This document shows, piece after piece, positions 6,188-12,281 of a stretch of DNA of 12,281 nt. Numbering within the stretch: the stretch's first letter is position 1; the number at the start of each line of letters is the position of its first letter. The stretch comes from Thermoplasmata archaeon (lineage in GTDB: Archaea > Thermoplasmatota > Thermoplasmata > GCA-020350865). The translations under genes were made by a program, and so were the position numbers. Location: positions 2,391,245 to 2,403,525 of the forward strand of contig CP070751.1 in NCBI GenBank assembly GCA_020348445.1, given 5' to 3'. A model generated the notes under the pieces. The model was given only the letters and a program-made list of their open reading frames with translations. It did not search any database and had not been told where the DNA came from.

Positions 6188-9100
6188 ATGATTCGCAATA
6201 ACAAAACAGGGATTCATAATGGAAGGTTAGAGGAAGACCCTCATCATTCTCAAAAGAAGATTAACGATCTAAGCACACTCACCAAAATGGTTCATAGTAT
6301 TGATCCCAATGTAAGAAAAGAAGCGGCAAATTCTCTTGCTGAGGACGAGCAATTTCATAAAGAATATTTTGACCTATCAAAACGTTTAATTAGAGATGAA
6401 AAGGAGGAGGTATGGAAGGCTTCATGCAAAGCCATGGGTAGATTCGCAGTAAGAGACACTGATGCATATGACTATATAAAGAACCTCGTGGCCGATGACT
6501 ACTTTTGGGTGCAGAAGCGGGGAATAAATGCCTTGGAAGAATTTTCAAAACACGATCAAAGGGGTGTTAGACTACTTGCGCAGCTCGTTTCAACCGGACG
6601 AAAGGAAGCGGCTGAAGAGGCGGTGTTGGTATTAGGAAGTGTCGCGACAATAAATGAAGACGCTTTTAAAATATTAACTGGGATATTAAGAAGTAGAGAG
6701 GAACTTACGATTCAACCTGCCATTTATTCCATGGGATTCATAGCAAAGAAGAACGATGGAGCCTTAAATGAGCTTTCACCCTTCCTTTCTGAGGAGAAGG
6801 ATTTTATTCGGTTATGGACTGCCTCAGCCATTGGAGAGGCAGCCCGTGAAAACGATGGAGCCTTTGTACTTTTTAAAAGTCTCGCAGAGGAAAAGGATGT
6901 TTATCTCCGCCGCGGCTTCTCCAAGGGTTTGGCGAACCTCTCAAAAAGCCGGCCCAATGAAGCCCTAAAATTGATAAAAAGGGCAGTTGAAGATAGCGAT
7001 AGATATGTTAGGACGAACGCTGCCCAGGCGTTGGGCTCGCTTTCCTCCAACAGCAAAGGGGTCTTTGGTGAGATCCAAAGGTTACTCAACCATGATAAAG
7101 GAGATGTTAGGAGAGGAGCTGCCGAGGCTCTGTTGGCTGTAGCAGGCGATATGCCCAAGGATATACTGCCTCTTTTAAGGGAACTGGTTAGAGACGAGGA
7201 TTATTATCTTAGAAGCATCGTAGCATTTGCTTCTGCAAAAATTACTGATACATCTCCAAAAGAAGCTTTAGATCTTTTTAAAATACTGGTGGCAGATAAA
7301 GACGAATATGTCCGAAGGGATGTTGCATTAGCGTTACAAAGAATACCATTTCATGTTGTTGAAGATGTATATCCATTTTTGACACAGCTTTTAGAGGATC
7401 GGGAAACAATAGTAAGAAGGGAGACAATAAGATCACTTAAGGTAGTGGCAAGAGTAAAAACCGATGAGGTACTTCTTTTAATGACTTCATACATTGATGA
7501 TTTCGATGAAGGGGTACGAATAAATGCTGCGGAGGTTTTGGGTGAGATAGCAGGAATCAGCGCAGAAAAAGCGTTCAATCATCTTAGAAAGCTCGCCCAC
7601 GATGAATCACCGAAGGTTTTAGAAAAGGTAGCAATGTCTCTTGAAAAGGTCTTTGATTCAAAACCAGATATGCTATTTGATTGGATCCGTGTCCTACAAA
7701 AGGATGCAATAAATCCCGAAGTTTTTAAATTGGTCTCCAAATGGGCAAAAAACGAGGAAATAGCCTTGGTAATAGATACCTATTCAATGCTGATGGATAA
7801 TTTGGATGAGTCCAACGTTGAGGTAAGATTGAGTAAAACTTTGGACGTTCTTGAGAATATAAATAGATTGAATAACGCAGATGAGATCAGAAATATTTTT
7901 AAAACATTCCTCTTTGGGATCAGGTGTAGGAATATAAATGACATCGCTTTGATAAAATTCGATTCAGAACCCATCAAGTCCATATATGTATCTTCATCAG
8001 GAATGGATTCATGGATCTATAGGGTGATGGAAGTAATCCCGGAGATGGCGTTGAGGTACAAGCAAATCGAAAGTTTAGGTGACAAGCACATATATCTCGG
8101 AAAAATGCTGGGTATAATCGATTCAATTGTTGAAGATCTTCAAAAGGAAAATTATCCTGAGACCAAAATTCTAACACCCGTTCTCCACAGCTGGCGGGGT
8201 GTGATATCCCTTACCATGGATGGTCTGAAAGGAAGATCGAATATCAGGGTAACGCTTAGGACCAGAAAGGTACTTCCTCTTGATACACTAACGTTATTAC
8301 TTGGAGTGGAGAATACGGGAGAAAGCCTGGCAGAGAACTTGATTGCTGAAATCATGCCCTCTGATTCCTATAAGCTTATAGATAAAACCAAGAAAATAGA
8401 TGTGTTGGCCCATGACGCAAAAGATGCCGTTGAATTTCGAATAAGACCAACTGCAAACCGGGATTTTAGGGTGAAATTCAACATTTCTTTCGATGATTTC
8501 GAGATGAAAGGCAAATCCATTTATTTTGCTGATATGGTGAGTTTTATCGATGTCCCCGAGGAATTTAGGTACATACCCAATCCTTATATCACAGGGGGCC
8601 CAATAAAACCCAGTTCAATGGACATGTTCTTTGGTAGGGATGATGTTTTCGATTTTATTAAAAACAACCTCAGTAGCATATCTCAAAAAAATGTCCTTAT
8701 ACTTCAGGGCGAACGAAGAACAGGTAAAACTTCAATACTCTATCAGGTTCCCAAGGTGCTGGGTCCGGATCATATCTGTGTATTTTTAGATGGCCAAGAG
8801 TTTGGGAAGGCGACCTTGGAATATCTTTTCTACAGGATATCTAAACTTATCACAAGTGCCTGTGCCCAGAAGGGAATCATCATTGATTCACCTCCACGAG
8901 AGGCGTTTGCAGATGACCCATGGTATGTCTTCAAGGATCAATTTATCGAGAATCTGAGCCGTGTTTTGGGAAATAGATACATAGTCATTCTTTTTGATGA
9001 GTTTGAGGCATTGGAGTATGCCGTAAAAAACGGCACTTTGGATGATGCTATCTTTGAGTATATAAGAAATCTGATGCAGCACGAGGAGAGAATGGTCTTC

Positions 9101-9739
9101 ATATTCGCAGGTTTGCACAGACTGGAAGAGATGATGCAGGATTATTGGGGTGTGATGTTCAATATCGCACTGTATTGGAAGATCAGTTTTTTGGTGGAAA
9201 AGGAGGCCAGGAAATTGATTATCAAGCCTGTTGAAGGTTACAATATGTTGTATGACGATCTGGCCATTGAAAAGATCATAAGGGCAACTGCATGTCATCC
9301 CTATTTTCTACAGCTTCTTTGTCGTTTTTTGGTGAACAGACATAATGAGATGAAGAGAAACTACATAACAGTTCAGGACGTGAACGAAGAACTCAGCAAT
9401 GTAATAGAGAAGGCAAAACCCCATTTCAACTACGTTTGGGCACTGGCCTCACCACACGAGAAGTTGTTTTTAGCTATTTTACCCGAGATATTGAGGAAGA
9501 AGACCATTGCTACGATGACCGATATACTCAAGGAATGCCAGGAGAATAAGCTCGATATTCCAAGGGGAAAGGCGACATTTGCTCTAAGAAAACTCATCGT
9601 AAAGGATATATTTGAAAGTGTCCAGGATGGTGAACTCCACTATCGATTCAAGGTGGATTTCATTAGGATGTGGGTTGAGAAGCATCAGCCCTTGGAAAAG
9701 GTGATCGAGGAGTTCGGGGAGGAGCTGAGGGAGAGCTAA
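6188..9739 (+). CDS. Large HEAT-repeat + Ig-like + STAND-like ATPase (AAA_35/ATPase_2-type) protein
   Basis: About 14 HEAT-like repeats (~6290-7700; e.g. DSDRYVRTNAAQALG, DKDEYVRRDVALALQ, DFDEGVRINAAEVLG), then a helical linker. An Ig/CARDB-like segment (LLGVENTGESLAENL...VEFRIRP...VKFNISFDD, ~8240-8550) precedes NPYITGGPI...FFGRD (from 8579), Walker A GERRTGKTS (8708-8734), Walker B IVILFDEFE (8981-9007), TACHPYFLQLLC and a C-terminal winged helix. Start uncertain (TTG 6170, ATG 6188 or ATG 6287). Confidence 0.9.
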   Translation: MIRNNKTGIHNGRLEEDPHHSQKKINDLSTLTKMVHSIDPNVRKEAANSLAEDEQFHKEYFDLSKRLIRDEKEEVWKASCKAMGRFAVRDTDAYDYIKNLVADDYFWVQKRGINALEEFSKHDQRGVRLLAQLVSTGRKEAAEEAVLVLGSVATINEDAFKILTGILRSREELTIQPAIYSMGFIAKKNDGALNELSPFLSEEKDFIRLWTASAIGEAARENDGAFVLFKSLAEEKDVYLRRGFSKGLANLSKSRPNEALKLIKRAVEDSDRYVRTNAAQALGSLSSNSKGVFGEIQRLLNHDKGDVRRGAAEALLAVAGDMPKDILPLLRELVRDEDYYLRSIVAFASAKITDTSPKEALDLFKILVADKDEYVRRDVALALQRIPFHVVEDVYPFLTQLLEDRETIVRRETIRSLKVVARVKTDEVLLLMTSYIDDFDEGVRINAAEVLGEIAGISAEKAFNHLRKLAHDESPKVLEKVAMSLEKVFDSKPDMLFDWIRVLQKDAINPEVFKLVSKWAKNEEIALVIDTYSMLMDNLDESNVEVRLSKTLDVLENINRLNNADEIRNIFKTFLFGIRCRNINDIALIKFDSEPIKSIYVSSSGMDSWIYRVMEVIPEMALRYKQIESLGDKHIYLGKMLGIIDSIVEDLQKENYPETKILTPVLHSWRGVISLTMDGLKGRSNIRVTLRTRKVLPLDTLTLLLGVENTGESLAENLIAEIMPSDSYKLIDKTKKIDVLAHDAKDAVEFRIRPTANRDFRVKFNISFDDFEMKGKSIYFADMVSFIDVPEEFRYIPNPYITGGPIKPSSMDMFFGRDDVFDFIKNNLSSISQKNVLILQGERRTGKTSILYQVPKVLGPDHICVFLDGQEFGKATLEYLFYRISKLITSACAQKGIIIDSPPREAFADDPWYVFKDQFIENLSRVLGNRYIVILFDEFEALEYAVKNGTLDDAIFEYIRNLMQHEERMVFIFAGLHRLEEMMQDYWGVMFNIALYWKISFLVEKEARKLIIKPVEGYNMLYDDLAIEKIIRATACHPYFLQLLCRFLVNRHNEMKRNYITVQDVNEELSNVIEKAKPHFNYVWALASPHEKLFLAILPEILRKKTIATMTDILKECQENKLDIPRGKATFALRKLIVKDIFESVQDGELHYRFKVDFIRMWVEKHQPLEKVIEEFGEELRES

Positions 9740-9829
9740 AAGTTTTCAGTGGTTTTTAAACAACATAAATGCGTATATTATGCTAGTTGATATGTTAATA
9801 AGTACAAATAACCTTCTATAAAATATTTA

Positions 9830-9858
9830 TGTGGAACGTTCCACAAAACGTTTTTATA
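9830..9858 (+). promoter_or_regulatory. Perfect 16-bp palindrome immediately upstream of a TATA-like box
   Basis: TGTGGAACGTTCCACA (9830-9845) is its own reverse complement. It is followed by AAAACGTTTT (9845-9854) and TTTTTATA (9851-9858). Confidence 0.5.
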
Positions 9859-10116
9859 CATCACCTAGCAACTGTTATGCATTGGAAGGTATGTTGGGAA
9901 ACATTACCACTTGAGATGTGATGACGCCATCAAAAAATATAGAAAGGGCGAAGGTGATAAAAATGCAGGAGAGGAGGGATATTACCATGATATTCCATTT
10001 GAAACTTTCTAGAACTAGCCCTTTGATATTTTTGGGCTGTGATATGATAGGCGGTGAGGCGGGGTGGGGTATAAATACCAATAAAATCCCATGAATGGGA
10101 GGAGGTGATAAAGGAT

Positions 10117-10614
10117 ATGAGAAAATACATTGCGATACTTGGAACACTGTTAATCGCAACGATTCTATTGAGCGGCTCAGCAGTCGCTCAAAGGTGGCAT
10201 TATGTCGACATTGTTGATAGCCATACGAATTGTGAGAACGAAGATGATGCATGCGGTGTGCCAGATAATAAATACGCTACTGTTGGAACAAATTTCCCCT
10301 CACCAACACTTGGAAATCTAGTTCTCGATCTGAGTGAAGCTAATTTAATGGGCCCCAACCAAGATTTCACTGTATACCACCAGTCTAATACTAATGAGAC
10401 ATATTATATATCAGTAATAACCGATGATAAGACGGTAGAATCAACAGCTTGGCTTGGGTGGGATACTGAAAACCTCGTATTTACCACACCATCGAATGAA
10501 GGACTCTTGTGGCGCTATTTTAATATTGAGGGTGAGACAGGTGAAATTGAGTTTGGTGAACTCGAAGACATAATTTACGGACCAGAGATAAATGCAATCG
10601 GCTGGTATGGTTAG
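10117..10614 (+). CDS. Secreted protein with a probable galactose-binding-like (jelly-roll) domain
   Basis: Perfect GGAGGTGA SD (10101-10108) 8 nt before ATG 10117; the track's GTG 10105 lies inside the SD. Signal peptide MRKYIAILGTLLIATILLSGSAVA. The pattern ACGVPD..YA..G.LVLDL..GP..DFTVY..YYISV..D..RY.NI..GPEINAI resembles jelly-roll cell-surface domains (fold is inference). Confidence 0.8.
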   Translation: MRKYIAILGTLLIATILLSGSAVAQRWHYVDIVDSHTNCENEDDACGVPDNKYATVGTNFPSPTLGNLVLDLSEANLMGPNQDFTVYHQSNTNETYYISVITDDKTVESTAWLGWDTENLVFTTPSNEGLLWRYFNIEGETGEIEFGELEDIIYGPEINAIGWYG

Positions 10615-10786
10615 AGATATCCAAATGTTTAAGGAAACCAAGAACACAGTTATCGGGAGTATTGCAATCACTTTATCAATCTTCTCATTTATTTTTTACA
10701 CTCGGTAAATTAATAAACCTTCCAAATCAATATCATATATGTAATCAAAGAGATATTGTGCAAAATTATGGAAAAGGTGTTAACAA

Positions 10787-12281
10787 ATGGATAACTCCTT
10801 TAGGGGTGAACATAGTGTTAAATCGTTAAAACGTAAGTCTGTTATAGTTAGTATGCTTTTTATAATAGGAATTACTATGTTAATCGTTCCCGATAAAAAT
10901 CTGATATCAACCTCTCATGGTGCAACAATTTATGTACCTACTGATTATCCAACGATACAGGATGCGATAAACGCGGCCAAGGATGGCGATACGGTCTTTG
11001 TCTTTAGCGGGACATATTATGAAAATGTGGTGGTAAATAAGGTCATTGACCTGATAGGCCAGGATAAGGAAACCACAATAATTGATGGTGATTGGATTGG
11101 AGATGTTATCTATGTGGGTGCAAATTGGGTGAACATCACAGGATTTTCCGTCACTAAAAGCGGTGGGAATTCTGCGGATGCGGGAATAGAATTTAACAGT
11201 GTCCAGAACTGTAGACTCATAAACAACAATGTTTCATTGGGCAGACACGGCATCTATATCTATAATTCCAACTTTATAAACATAATAGGCAACAACATAA
11301 CAATGACCTCCGGTCGTGGGATTTTTCTCGATTTTTCCAGCGAAAACAACATTATAGGTAATAATGCTTCAGACACCAAAGTTAGTGACGGCATCGCCAT
11401 CCGGAGTTCGTCGAGCAACACGATAGAGGACAACATCGTCTCGAATAACGAGAAGTATGGCATCACCCTCTATCACTCCAATGGAAACAACATCATAAAC
11501 AACACCTGCAACTCGAACTTTTATGATGGAATCGACGTGAGTTATTCATCAGGCAATATGATCGCCAACAACACCTGCTCAAACAATAGTCACAGTGGTA
11601 TAAATATCGAGGATCACAGTCCGGACAATGACATCATAGGAAATACTGTTTCCTCAAACCTCGAGCATGGCATCGTTAACCATGCGAATTCGGATGGAGT
11701 TAAAATCATCAGCAACAATGTTTCGAACAATGAGTTCATAGGCATCGTAGTTAGCTACTCATTAAATAACATCATAACAGACAACACTGTTTATTTGAAC
11801 AATTGGAGCGGCATTGCTACCTATTTCGACTCGGGCAACAACACAATCTCAAACAACAATATATTATCAAATAATGATAGTGGCATTTATGTTGAGTCAT
11901 CATCAAACAACACCATCACTGGTAATAATATTTCTAACAATATGGACGGCATCTATATTCTCGGTTCATCAAACACAATTTCAAGCAACAATGTCTCATC
12001 AAATAATCGGGATGGTATCATAATTTTGGGCACATCAAATATAATCTCAAGCAACGATGCCTCATCGAACGGTGAGAACGGCATCCGTCTTGGCGGTTCA
12101 TCAAACACGATCACAGGCAACAATGCATATTCGAATAATAATAGCGGTATCCGCCTTGGTTCATCACAAAACAACAACATAATCGGCAATAATATATTAA
12201 ACAATTGGGACGGCATTGATTTATATTACGATTTAAACAACAATGTAACATACAATCATATATCATCGAATAATAGGGATG
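10787..12281 (+). CDS. NosD/CASH right-handed parallel beta-helix surface protein, 3'-truncated by the window edge
   Basis: Absent from the ORF track because there is no stop in the window. AGGTG SD 7 nt before ATG 10787. Translation: MDNSF...KRKSVIVSMLFIIGITMLIVP (signal/anchor), ATIYVPTDYPTIQDAINAAKDGDTVFVFSGTYYENVVVNK (typical beta-helix cap), then many GIxL..S..N.I..N.xS.N repeats. The frame stays open to base 12281. Confidence 0.92.
   Translation, partial: MDNSFRGEHSVKSLKRKSVIVSMLFIIGITMLIVPDKNLISTSHGATIYVPTDYPTIQDAINAAKDGDTVFVFSGTYYENVVVNKVIDLIGQDKETTIIDGDWIGDVIYVGANWVNITGFSVTKSGGNSADAGIEFNSVQNCRLINNNVSLGRHGIYIYNSNFINIIGNNITMTSGRGIFLDFSSENNIIGNNASDTKVSDGIAIRSSSSNTIEDNIVSNNEKYGITLYHSNGNNIINNTCNSNFYDGIDVSYSSGNMIANNTCSNNSHSGINIEDHSPDNDIIGNTVSSNLEHGIVNHANSDGVKIISNNVSNNEFIGIVVSYSLNNIITDNTVYLNNWSGIATYFDSGNNTISNNNILSNNDSGIYVESSSNNTITGNNISNNMDGIYILGSSNTISSNNVSSNNRDGIIILGTSNIISSNDASSNGENGIRLGGSSNTITGNNAYSNNNSGIRLGSSQNNNIIGNNILNNWDGIDLYYDLNNNVTYNHISSNNRD
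11963..12160 (+). repeat. Three 66-bp (22-aa) beta-helix repeat units with DNA-level similarity
   Basis: Units start at 11963 (GSSNTISSNNVSSNNRDGIIIL), 12029 (GTSNIISSNDASSNGENGIRLG) and 12095 (GSSNTITGNNAYSNNNSGIRLG). Shared DNA includes ggttcatcaaacac and tctcaagcaac/tttcaagcaac. Confidence 0.75.

Noticed and set aside
301-12216. Remaining short track ORFs nested in or antisense to the long genes (e.g. 3687-4178, 8888-9298, 9875-10252, 11953-12216)
   Set aside because: They overlap well-supported genes on the other strand or frame and lack SDs or motifs. The periodicity of 11953-12216 just mirrors the beta-helix repeats.
1-12281. Mobile-element, DGR/retron, tRNA or CRISPR hallmarks that might explain the accessory block
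   Set aside because: No transposase, integrase, reverse transcriptase, template/variable repeat pair, cloverleaf or repeat-spacer array was recognisable by eye. A covariance-model scan (tRNAscan-SE, Infernal/Rfam) was not run.

Overview
AT-rich archaeal window, most like Thermoplasmatota (inference from GGAGG/AGGTGA ribosome-binding sites, BRE/TATA-like promoters and gene families). The left part is housekeeping: the 3' half of a GvpD/RAD55-like tandem RecA-fold protein and rsmA (ksgA). The centre (about 1.9-9.7 kb) is an accessory block. It holds two winged-helix regulators and two divergent members of one STAND-like (AAA_35/ATPase_2-type) ATPase family: one with an N-terminal wHTH-like domain, and one of about 1180 aa with ~14 HEAT repeats plus an Ig-like domain before the ATPase. 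Between the two ATPases lie an all-beta protein whose gene appears split by a +1 frameshift at a G5T5 tract, and a small secreted peptide built of GGGAGSG(V/I/G)D nonamer repeats. No nuclease, TIR, SIR2 or protease effector is visible, so a signalling or regulatory role is at least as plausible as classical defence. The right end encodes cell-surface proteins: a secreted jelly-roll-like protein and a NosD/CASH beta-helix protein that the ORF track missed because it runs off the window. No rRNA, tRNA, CRISPR array, transposase or integrase was recognised. All family assignments come from motif recognition by eye, not from database searches.
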